Of a DNA stretch of 64,000 nt, positions 56,553 through 64,000 are shown one piece after another. This stretch comes from Terriglobales bacterium. Its GTDB lineage: Bacteria; Acidobacteriota; Terriglobia; Terriglobales; Acidobacteriaceae. Within the stretch, counting starts at the first letter, position 1, and every line of letters starts with the position of its first letter. The stretch covers positions 6,151 to 70,150 of the forward strand of contig DATIGQ010000081.1 of the NCBI GenBank assembly GCA_035454605.1, in the 5' to 3' direction. The position numbers and the translations under genes were made by a program. Below the pieces are notes generated by a model that saw only the letters and a list, made by a program, of their open reading frames with translations, ran no database searches and was not told where the DNA came from.

Positions 56553-57131
56553 ATGACATCGCAATCCCACCCCAAGGCCACGGCGGTGCTGCTCTCCGGC
56601 GTCATGCTGTTCGTCTTGTTGCTGGCCGGGTGCACCATGACCGTGCAGGACGAGAAAGGCGAAAAGACCAAGAGCGTCGAGATCACCACGCCCGTGGGCG
56701 AGCTCCAGGTCCGCAAGGACAAGTTCGATATCGCGCAAGTCGGCCTGGCGCCTTATCCCGGCGCGCGCGAAGCCGAGAGCGACCAAGACAATCCCGACCG
56801 CGCCACCGTCTCCATCGCGACCTCGCTCTTCGGATTGAAAGTGATCGCCGGCAGCTTTGAGACCGATGACGAACCCCAGCAGGTATTAGAGTTCTATCGC
56901 AAGGAGCTGGCGAAACACGGCAAGGTAACAGAGTGCCGCGGCAACATCGATTTCCGTGACGATGGCGACGAAGTGATCTGCAAGCCGGAACGCGGCAAGG
57001 ATCACGACCAGGTCGAGCTGGTGGCCGGCAGCAAGAGCAAGTTCCGCGTGGTCGGGGTCCACCCCAAAGGCAAGGGAACCAAGTTCGGAGTTGCACTGGT
57101 GCAACTGCGCGGCGAACGAGAGACCATGTAG
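56553..57131 (+). CDS. Hypothetical lipoprotein
   Basis: AGGAAGGAG SD. Lipobox LLLAGC. Confidence 0.65.
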   Translation: MTSQSHPKATAVLLSGVMLFVLLLAGCTMTVQDEKGEKTKSVEITTPVGELQVRKDKFDIAQVGLAPYPGAREAESDQDNPDRATVSIATSLFGLKVIAGSFETDDEPQQVLEFYRKELAKHGKVTECRGNIDFRDDGDEVICKPERGKDHDQVELVAGSKSKFRVVGVHPKGKGTKFGVALVQLRGERETM

Positions 57132-57174
57132 CCGCCTTGCGCCCCGCCCTGCCGTGCGGTAACTTGACTGCCTC

Positions 57175-57843
57175 GTGGAACATCCTTGCCCTCAATGTGG
57201 AGCGCCCATCGAAGCCGGCGTTCCCTTTTGCGGCCAGTGCGGCGCGCCGCAGATCCGGGTAACGCCAACGCCCGAGGCCGCGTTACCGCCACCTGCTCCA
57301 TCGACCGTTCCGACCCCGCAGGTCCATTCCCCCGAGACTCTTCCCGCGCCAGCCACCGCCCCAGGGCGCATTCAGTGGGGGCGCGCGCTTCCCCTGGCGG
57401 CACTGACCGGCGCCATGGCCGGCGTGCTCTCGGTCATTCCTTTTGTCAGCCTGGGCTGCTGCTTGTGGATGCTGGGTGCTGGCGCGCTGACCGTGGTGCT
57501 CTATCGCGAGCGCGCCCACTCCGACGTCTCCCCCGGCATGGGTTTTCGTCTGGGAGCTCTCACCGGCCTCTTGAGCTACGTTGTGTATGTAGTCTTTTTC
57601 GGCCTCATGCAGGTGATGCGTGGCCGCCAGTTCCGCGCCGCCTTCCGCCAGCAGTTGGAGAAGGCCGCTGCCGCCAACCCCGATCCCGCCGTGCGCCAGA
57701 TGGTGGAGCGCATTTCCACCCCCGAGGGCATGGCCACAGTCATCACCATCATGCTGGCGGTGTTTCTGGCCGTGTTCGTTCTGTTCGCGGCCGCCGGGGG
57801 AGCCTTGGGAGGATCGCTCTTCGGACGGCGTGAGCAGAGATAA
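57175..57843 (+). CDS. Zinc-ribbon membrane protein, hypothetical
   Basis: N-terminal CPQCG...FCGQCG, a Pro-rich linker, and ~4 TM helices. GTG start. Confidence 0.65.
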   Translation: MEHPCPQCGAPIEAGVPFCGQCGAPQIRVTPTPEAALPPPAPSTVPTPQVHSPETLPAPATAPGRIQWGRALPLAALTGAMAGVLSVIPFVSLGCCLWMLGAGALTVVLYRERAHSDVSPGMGFRLGALTGLLSYVVYVVFFGLMQVMRGRQFRAAFRQQLEKAAAANPDPAVRQMVERISTPEGMATVITIMLAVFLAVFVLFAAAGGALGGSLFGRREQR

Positions 57844-57931
57844 GTTCATGTGTTTCATGTAGTTACCGTGCCATCGCCGATTTCTGCACCCGCCAGGCCT
57901 GTCTGGCTCGCCATCCCCGCGGACCCGCCGC

Positions 57932-57961
57932 TTGCGACACTTGCCAAGGGCCGCGTATGAT
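57932..57961 (+). promoter_or_regulatory. Weak candidate promoter (TTGCGA-18-TATGAT) for pyrR
   Basis: TTGCGAcacttgccaagggccgcgTATGAT. Confidence 0.35.
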
Positions 57962-58018
57962 TTTGCCCCTTGCGCCTGCCCCCGAGGCGCTTGGCACGCA
58001 CCGATTTCACAATCACTT

Positions 58019-58597
58019 ATGAGCGCCCAGCCCGCGCGAACCCGCGCCCACTCGCATCGCGAAACCCAACTGATGTCTGCCTCTGAGATCGATCGCACGC
58101 TTGTCCGTCTGGCCCACGAAATCGTGGAGAAAACCAGCGGTGTCCAGAACCTGGGCTTGGTGGGAGTCAAGCGACGCGGAGTGCCGCTGGCGCAACGGCT
58201 GGGAAAACTGATTCAGCGCATCGAGCGGGTGAAGCCACCGGTGGGCAGCCTGGACATCGCGCTCTATCGCGACGACCTCACGCAGGTGGCTCCCAAGCCC
58301 GTGGTGCAGAAGGCTGAGATCGGCTTCGACGTCGGCGGCATGGACATCATCCTGGTGGACGACGTGCTGTTCACAGGTCGCACGACGCGGGCCGCCATGG
58401 ATGCTCTATTCGATCACGGCCGTCCCCGCCGGGTGCAGCTCTGCGTGCTGATGGATCGAGGACATCGCGAGCTGCCTATCGAGGCGGCCTTCATCGGGCG
58501 GCGCATCGAAACCTCGCTCCAACAGGTGGTCAAAGTCAACCTCAGCGAGGTGGATGGCTCCGACAAGGTCATCCTGGTGGAGATGCCGCCGCGGTGA
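58019..58597 (+). CDS. pyrR: Bifunctional pyrimidine regulator / uracil phosphoribosyltransferase PyrR
   Basis: IDRTLVRLAHEIVEK...LVGVKRRGVPLA...ILVDDVLFTGRTTRAA. Alternative ATG at 58073. Confidence 0.9.
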   Translation: MSAQPARTRAHSHRETQLMSASEIDRTLVRLAHEIVEKTSGVQNLGLVGVKRRGVPLAQRLGKLIQRIERVKPPVGSLDIALYRDDLTQVAPKPVVQKAEIGFDVGGMDIILVDDVLFTGRTTRAAMDALFDHGRPRRVQLCVLMDRGHRELPIEAAFIGRRIETSLQQVVKVNLSEVDGSDKVILVEMPPR

Positions 58598-59532
58598 ACA
58601 CCAACAGTCATCCTGTTGCCCTCCGCCGCGGATTGCGTTCGCTACTCGATATAGAACACCTGCCGGCGGAGGAGATCCAGTTCCTGCTGCGCCTCGCGCG
58701 CCGCATGGTTCCCGGGCGTGCCCGTCCCCTGCTGCGCAATCGCCGCATTGCGCTCCTCTTCTATGAAGCTTCCACCCGCACCCGGGTGAGTTTTGAGTTT
58801 GCGGCCAAGGCGTTGGGGGCCACCCTCAGCGTGATTCACGCCCAGTCCTCCAGCATTGAGAAGGGCGAATCGCTGGTGGATACCGGCTACACCCTGCGCG
58901 CCACAGGCGCCGACGCCATCGTCATTCGGCATCGCGCGGCTGGAGCGCCGTATCTGCTGGCGTGCCATCTGGACATTCCCGTCATCAATGCCGGGGATGG
59001 CATGCACGAGCACCCTTCGCAGGCCCTGCTCGATGCCTTCACCATGCTGCGCCACCGGAAATCGCTCTCCGGCCTCCGCGTGGCCATTGTGGGCGACGTG
59101 TATCACAGCCGCGTGGCGCGCTCCAATGCTCACCTGCTGAGCAAGCTCTCTGCCCAGGTGACCCTGTGCGGCCCACCGGAACTCGCCCCCGAGGTGGCCT
59201 CCACCCTCGCTCCCGGAGTCCGCGTGACCCGCCACATGGAAGACGCGTTGCGCGGCGCGGATGTGGTCATGATGCTGCGCGTTCAGAAGGAACGCCTGGC
59301 CGGCCAGTCGATCAAGGTGGCGGACTATGTCGCTGGCTATCAGTTGACGCCCGAGCGCCTCAAACTTGCCCGGCGGGATGCCCTGGTCATGCACCCGGGA
59401 CCCATGATCCGAGGCATGGAACTCACCAGCGAAGTGGCCGACGGTTCGCAGTCCGCTATCCGCGAGCAGGTGCAAAACGGTGTCGCCATGCGCATGGCCA
59501 TCCTGGCGCGCTCCCTGGGAGCAGCGAAATGA
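58594..59532 (+). CDS. pyrB: Aspartate carbamoyltransferase catalytic subunit
   Basis: FYEASTRTRVSFE...HPSQALLD...HPGP. GTGA overlap with pyrR. Confidence 0.95.
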   Translation: MNTNSHPVALRRGLRSLLDIEHLPAEEIQFLLRLARRMVPGRARPLLRNRRIALLFYEASTRTRVSFEFAAKALGATLSVIHAQSSSIEKGESLVDTGYTLRATGADAIVIRHRAAGAPYLLACHLDIPVINAGDGMHEHPSQALLDAFTMLRHRKSLSGLRVAIVGDVYHSRVARSNAHLLSKLSAQVTLCGPPELAPEVASTLAPGVRVTRHMEDALRGADVVMMLRVQKERLAGQSIKVADYVAGYQLTPERLKLARRDALVMHPGPMIRGMELTSEVADGSQSAIREQVQNGVAMRMAILARSLGAAK

Positions 59533-59557
59533 AGAATCAGCCGCGGCCAAGTAGGGT

Positions 59558-60865
59558 TTGATGGTCAGAGAGAAAAAAACCGCGGCGGTAATGATCAAGG
59601 GCGGCCGGGTCCTGGACCCGTCGCAGCGGCTGGACGCCGAAATGGATGTGCTGCTGCGGGACGGGCGTGTGGCCGAGGTGGCCCCGCGCAACAAGCTGCG
59701 CGGCTCCGCCGACGAAACCCTGAACGCTCGCGGCCTCATCGTCGCACCCGGATTCATTGACCTGCACGTGCACCTGCGTGAACCGGGGCAGTCGCACAAG
59801 GAGACCATCGTCAGCGGCACTGCGGCCGCGGCCGCAGGCGGGTTCACCTCCGTCTGTGCCATGCCCAATACCTCTCCGGTGAACGACTCACCCGAAATCA
59901 CCGCCTGGATGCGCCACCCGGAACGCGGCGCTGTGGTCAACGTCCTTCCGGTGGCTGCGGCCACGGTCCGCAGCCAGGGCGAGAGGCTCACCGACTTTCG
60001 CGCGTTGGAGCGGGCTGGCGCCGTGGCCTTCACCGACGACGGCCGCCCCATCCTCGACGAGCACCTCATGCGCGAAGCGCTGCGGCTCGCCGCCCAGATC
60101 GGCCTACCCGTCGTTCAACACGCCGAAGACACTCGCCTGACCCAGGGCTGCTCCATGCATGAGGGAGCCACCGCTTTCCGCCTGGGGTTGCGCGGCATGC
60201 CGGTGGCCGCCGAGGCGGAGATCGTGGAGCGGGACGTCAAGCTCGCGCATCAGGTGGGTGCCCGGCTCCACGTAGCTCACGTCTCCACCGCTGCCGGATT
60301 GAAGGCTGTACGTCGCGGTCGGCGCAATCGCGCCCGCATCACCTGCGAAGTCACGCCGCACCACTTCACGCTCGTGGATGAGAATGTCGGCCAGTACGAC
60401 ACCCGCTGCAAGATGAACCCGCCCCTGCGCTCGCCCGATGACCGCGAAGCGCTGCTGGTGGGGCTGGCCGATGGCTCCGTGGATGCCATCGCCACCGATC
60501 ACGCGCCCCACGCCGCGCATGAGAAGGACGTGGAGTTCGAGCGCGCCGCCTTTGGCGTCACGGGGTTGGAAACCGCGCTGGGCCTCGCCGTGCTGCGCCT
60601 GCACAAGGAGCGGCGCGTGCCGCTGCTGCGCATCGTCGAGTTGCTCTCCACCGGTCCGGCCCGCGTGCTCGGCCTGAAAGGACGCGGCAGCCTGGCCCGC
60701 GGCTCCCCAGCCGACGTCACCGTCTTCGATCCCGCGGCCCGCTGGACTTTCCACGCCTCCGAATCGCGCTCCCGCGCGCGCAACACTCCCTTCGACGGCT
60801 GGCAGCTCACAGGCAAGGTGGTGGCCACCATCGTCGAGGGGCAGTTCGTGTACCGCGTGGGCTGA
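59558..60865 (+). CDS. pyrC: Dihydroorotase (multifunctional-complex type)
   Basis: IVAPGFIDLHVHLREPG...DHAPH. The start may instead be ATG 59591 (MIKGGRVLDP). Confidence 0.9.
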   Translation: MMVREKKTAAVMIKGGRVLDPSQRLDAEMDVLLRDGRVAEVAPRNKLRGSADETLNARGLIVAPGFIDLHVHLREPGQSHKETIVSGTAAAAAGGFTSVCAMPNTSPVNDSPEITAWMRHPERGAVVNVLPVAAATVRSQGERLTDFRALERAGAVAFTDDGRPILDEHLMREALRLAAQIGLPVVQHAEDTRLTQGCSMHEGATAFRLGLRGMPVAAEAEIVERDVKLAHQVGARLHVAHVSTAAGLKAVRRGRRNRARITCEVTPHHFTLVDENVGQYDTRCKMNPPLRSPDDREALLVGLADGSVDAIATDHAPHAAHEKDVEFERAAFGVTGLETALGLAVLRLHKERRVPLLRIVELLSTGPARVLGLKGRGSLARGSPADVTVFDPAARWTFHASESRSRARNTPFDGWQLTGKVVATIVEGQFVYRVG

Positions 60866-60872
60866 GAACAAG

Positions 60873-60953
60873 CCGCGGATTAGCGCAGACGAATACGGAA
60901 AATCCTGAGTCTTCCGGCGTGAAGTATCGCTATGGATCCGTGCTAATCCGTGG
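60873..60953. repeat. Imperfect inverted repeat between convergent pyrC and the DUF2085 gene
   Basis: ccgcggattagcgcagac ... atccgtgctaatccgtgg, with shared core GCTAATCCG in opposite orientations. Confidence 0.45.
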
Positions 60954-61431
60954 CCAGGCTTGCTTGACCTGCGCCCTCGCGGCGCAGTGAGTTCGCCACC
61001 AGGGCTCCCATCGTCCCACCCAGCATTGCACCTAAAGCGAAGCGCGCCAGCGGCCAGTTGCCGTGCACTCCTGCCATCTCGGCCGCGAAATCCAGCAAGC
61101 TGGCTGCAAGCACGATGGCCAGCGCCCTGAGCAGTGTCTTCCGGCTGGCCTCGACCCACGCGCCTGCGGCAGCTCCCAGGTAGATGCCCAGACAGCGCGC
61201 GCACACCGCAACCGGCATGCCCGCGATCCAGAACGAACGCGCCGGATCCTGATGACACACCAGCGAGAAGAACTGCCAAATGGCGAAACTTAGGAGGGGA
61301 AATCCAGCGAGTGACAATAGCGGCGCGCCGACTCCTGCCGATGCGAGTGCAGTGGGCAAGGCGCTCACCAACACCGGATGCGGATTGTCATCCCGAGCCC
61401 GCAGCGGCGGGCGAGGGATCTGCTCTTCCAT
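60943..61431 (-). CDS. DUF2085-family membrane protein; start uncertain
   Basis: CHQDPARSFWIAGMPVAVCARCLGIYLG. A REP-like element lies in the 5' part, so the true start may be GTG 61374. Confidence 0.7.
   Translation of the reverse strand: MEEQIPRPPLRARDDNPHPVLVSALPTALASAGVGAPLLSLAGFPLLSFAIWQFFSLVCHQDPARSFWIAGMPVAVCARCLGIYLGAAAGAWVEASRKTLLRALAIVLAASLLDFAAEMAGVHGNWPLARFALGAMLGGTMGALVANSLRREGAGQASLATD
61384..61420 (+). repeat. REP-like element copy (variant with expanded GC-rich centre)
   Basis: attgtcatcccgagcccgcagcggcgggcgagggatc. Confidence 0.6.
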
Positions 61432-61446
61432 CACCAAATCACCCAA

Positions 61447-62661
61447 TCACAAAATAATCCCCAGCTTCTTCCCCACCCTTCCCAACGTCTCCAGCGCCTT
61501 CTCCAGTTCCTCCCGCGTATGCGTGGCCGTAACGATGGTGCGGATGCGGGCCTTGCCCTCGGGCACCGTCGGAAAGGCGATTCCGGTCGCCATTACGCCC
61601 GCGGCAAACAGCTCGCGCGAGAACTCCATGGCCAGTCGCCCTTCACCGACGATGACCGGCGTGATGGGCGTCTCACTGGCCGGCGTGTTCACGCCGCCGA
61701 TGTTGAAGCCCAACACGCCCAGTTCCTTTTTGAAGAAGCGCGTGTTCTCCCACAGCTTCTCGATGCGCTCCGGCTCCTGCTCCAGGACCTCGAAGGCTGC
61801 AATGCAGGTGGCCGCAACGGAAGGCGGATGCGAAGTCGAGAAGAGGAACGGCCGCCCGCGGTGATACAGGAACTCGATCAGGTCGCGCGTGCCGCACACG
61901 TATCCACCCAGCGCGCCGATCGCCTTCGACAGCGTACCCACCTGAATGTCCACGCGCCCGTGCACGCCGAAGTGGTCGATGGTGCCGCGGCCGTTGCGCC
62001 CCAGCACGCCCGAAGCGTGCGCGTCATCCACCATCATGATGGCGCCGTACTTCTCCGCCAGGTCGCAGAGCGCGGGCAGTGGTGCGATGTCGCCGTCCAT
62101 GGAGAATACGCCGTCGGTGATCAGCAGCTTGCGGCCTGGCTGTCCGGCGATTTCTTTCAGTTGCTCCTCCGCGTGGGCGACGTCCTTGTGCCGGAAGACC
62201 TTGATGGTGGCGCGGGATAGCCGTGCCCCGTCAATGATGGAGGCGTGGTTCAGCTCGTCGGAGACGATGAAGTCTTCGCGCCCCAGCACCGCCGAAACCG
62301 TCCCTGCGTTGGCGGTGAATCCGGACTGGAACACTACCGAGGCCTCGACGTTCTTGAAGCGCGCAATCTTCTCTTCCAGTTCCATGTGTAAGGACATGGT
62401 TCCGGCGATGGTGCGCACCGCTCCCGATCCCACGCCGAACTTGCGCGTAGCTTCGAGCGCGGCTTCACGCAGCTTGGGGTGCGTGGTCAGGCCCAGGTAG
62501 TTGTTCGAGGCCAGGTTGATCACCCGCTTGCCGTCGAACGTACACACCGGGGCCTGCTCGTCCTCCAGCACCCGCAGGCGGAAGTACGTGCCCTTCTGCT
62601 TCAGGTCGTTGAGCTGGTCGGTGAGATAGGAAAGAGGATTGGCGCGCGTTGCGGTCGTCAT
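61447..62661 (-). CDS. kbl: Glycine C-acetyltransferase (2-amino-3-ketobutyrate CoA ligase), AONS family
   Basis: VINLASNNYLGLTTHP...FQSGFTANAG...DDAHASG...TLSKAIG (PLP Lys). Confidence 0.85.
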   Translation of the reverse strand: MTTATRANPLSYLTDQLNDLKQKGTYFRLRVLEDEQAPVCTFDGKRVINLASNNYLGLTTHPKLREAALEATRKFGVGSGAVRTIAGTMSLHMELEEKIARFKNVEASVVFQSGFTANAGTVSAVLGREDFIVSDELNHASIIDGARLSRATIKVFRHKDVAHAEEQLKEIAGQPGRKLLITDGVFSMDGDIAPLPALCDLAEKYGAIMMVDDAHASGVLGRNGRGTIDHFGVHGRVDIQVGTLSKAIGALGGYVCGTRDLIEFLYHRGRPFLFSTSHPPSVAATCIAAFEVLEQEPERIEKLWENTRFFKKELGVLGFNIGGVNTPASETPITPVIVGEGRLAMEFSRELFAAGVMATGIAFPTVPEGKARIRTIVTATHTREELEKALETLGRVGKKLGIIL

Positions 62662-62705
62662 GGCGGCAGATAGTTTACAACTCCGCGCGCCTCTTTCTTG
62701 CGCTT

Positions 62706-64000
62706 CTACCGCTCCGGCGGCGCGATCTGGTTCGCGGTCACGAACACCGGCTCGATGTCGGTAGGCGTGTCCTTCAGTTTGTCCATGGCCGCCTGCATTT
62801 CCGGCCGAATCACGCTCAGGGTCTCGATCATCTTCTTGGCGCCGGCGTAGTCGCCCGTCGCTTCGAGCATGAGCAGTTCGCGGTCCAGGTCGCGCACCGC
62901 ATCCTTGATTTTCGCAAAGTCCACGGAGAACGTGCCGTCCGGGTTGAGGATGTATGCGCCCTTATCGCGCAGGTAATTGAACTGGATGGCCATGCCTCGG
63001 GCGTGCGAGTCGGTTACCCCGAACCGCAGCGTGCGGAACGCCGAGGCGAGGTAGGTGTTGTACAGGCGGCGTTCGGCGGCCTCGCCCTGGCCCAGCGTCC
63101 CTTTCAGCAGTCCGCGATCCATCAGATGCTGCACTGCATAGAGGCCGGTGACGTCGGCCTTGGCTTCTTCGATGGTCCCGTACACTTCTTTCAGTTCCTG
63201 GCGCACCGTGGTCTCACGGCCGCCTACCTTGATCCGCTGCGGACCCAGGCCATGCGTGATCTCATGCGCCAGAATGTGCGTGAAGAAGGAATCGAAATCC
63301 AGATCGGGTTGCGCCGGAGGCGGAAGCACGACCTTGGAGATAGCCACCAGCGTCTTCTGGAACTTCGCCTCCTGGATATTCTTCAGCATGATCCGCTTGG
63401 CGCCTTTTTGCTGTACCACGCGCTCGTCGTTGGGCAGGTTGTAGGCCGCGGTCTGTACTCCCATGTTCCCGTCGCCCGCGCCGAATACTTCGTTCACCAC
63501 CACCATCGGCGCCAGCGCCCCCACCTTGGGATTGCGGTGCTCGGCCGGGATGGGCAGGCTGTCCTCCAGTTCCTGCATGTGCCCGGCGAAGAAGCGGACC
63601 TTCTCCGTTTCGTTCTCATCGCGGATGGAGACGTAGGCCTCGAACGCGGCCTTGTACCCGAACGTTTCGTCGTTGTAGGTCTCATAGGGGCCGATGGTGA
63701 CATCCACCGGGGAGTCCAGGTCCATCCACGCCACGTCGCTGTCGAAGTAATCGTTGGAGAGAAAGGCATCGGCGCGCAGATTCAGGAACTTCTTCAGCGA
63801 AGCGTTAGTGGTGAGCGCGGCAGCCTCGCGGAGCAGCTTCGCCGCCTTCACGAGATAGGGCTTGTAGGCCTCGCTATAGGGAACGATGCGCAGCTTCCCT
63901 CCCGGCCCGCGGCGGATGAGCGTGAAGAACCACTGCGCCTGATCACGCTCCTTCTCCGACAGGCCGGCCATCCACTTCTCCAGCTCCTCGCGGGTGGCGT
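62706..64000 (-). CDS. Zn-dependent peptidase, DPP III (M49)-like; 5' end runs off the window
   Basis: HEITHG and downstream EEAKAD resemble the M49 HExxGH/EExxAE pair. The frame stays open upstream of Met 63971 to the window edge. Confidence 0.7.
   Translation of the reverse strand, partial: ATREELEKWMAGLSEKERDQAQWFFTLIRRGPGGKLRIVPYSEAYKPYLVKAAKLLREAAALTTNASLKKFLNLRADAFLSNDYFDSDVAWMDLDSPVDVTIGPYETYNDETFGYKAAFEAYVSIRDENETEKVRFFAGHMQELEDSLPIPAEHRNPKVGALAPMVVVNEVFGAGDGNMGVQTAAYNLPNDERVVQQKGAKRIMLKNIQEAKFQKTLVAISKVVLPPPAQPDLDFDSFFTHILAHEITHGLGPQRIKVGGRETTVRQELKEVYGTIEEAKADVTGLYAVQHLMDRGLLKGTLGQGEAAERRLYNTYLASAFRTLRFGVTDSHARGMAIQFNYLRDKGAYILNPDGTFSVDFAKIKDAVRDLDRELLMLEATGDYAGAKKMIETLSVIRPEMQAAMDKLKDTPTDIEPVFVTANQIAPPER

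Noticed and set aside
57844-58018. PyrR-binding attenuator upstream of pyrR.
   Set aside because: No UCCAGAGAGG-like loop and no terminator/antiterminator pair is visible in the leader. Only a weak promoter candidate was recorded.

Overview
High-GC (~60-65%) bacterial chromosome. It looks like Acidobacteriota (Terriglobia-like), inferred from two very large CarboxypepD_reg-type TonB-dependent receptors, Acidobacteria-style TonB N-termini and the overall gene content. I could not run any search to confirm this. Most of the window is core housekeeping: mltD; an isoaspartyl peptidase/DUF885/CDP-alcohol transferase/greA operon; carD; ruvX-mltG; rplM-rpsI-rpsB-tsf; pyrH-frr; bamA-skp-tonB; lepA; maf; tatA; fabZ-lpxA-lpxI; miaA; pyrR-pyrB-pyrC; kbl. 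No tRNA, rRNA, CRISPR array, integrase or transposase was seen. The most interesting region is 3-7983. A LexA/CI-like self-cleaving repressor, apparently leaderless, is transcribed divergently from a near-consensus promoter whose -35 lies inside a 20-bp palindrome. That promoter heads a minus-strand gene string: a small DUF2292-like protein, a zinc-ribbon peptide translationally coupled to a sigma region-4-like protein, a hypothetical protein, a dual-specificity phosphatase, and a 1490-aa secreted tailspike/tail-fibre-like beta-helix protein. This looks like a phage-derived, possibly SOS-inducible switch controlling a giant secreted effector, with no virion genes visible in the window. Three further sequence-level signals stand out. 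First, at least ten intergenic arrays have strict 7-nt periodicity but locus-specific units, usually starting right at a stop codon. Second, a dispersed REP-like element (TTGTCAT(N)CCGAGCGAAAGCGAGGAATC) occurs in five copies. Third, a perfect 30-bp palindrome sits between an ArsR-SRPBCC regulator and a GH3 hydrolase. Other points of note are a tonB split by a frameshift at a C5 run, a bipolar acidic/poly-lysine protein, a cytochrome P460-TPR plus AraC insertion inside the conserved rpsB-tsf-pyrH-frr cluster, and a TPR-TM-pseudo-receiver protein. Many long ORFs in the six-frame track are antisense shadow ORFs typical of high-GC DNA and were rejected.
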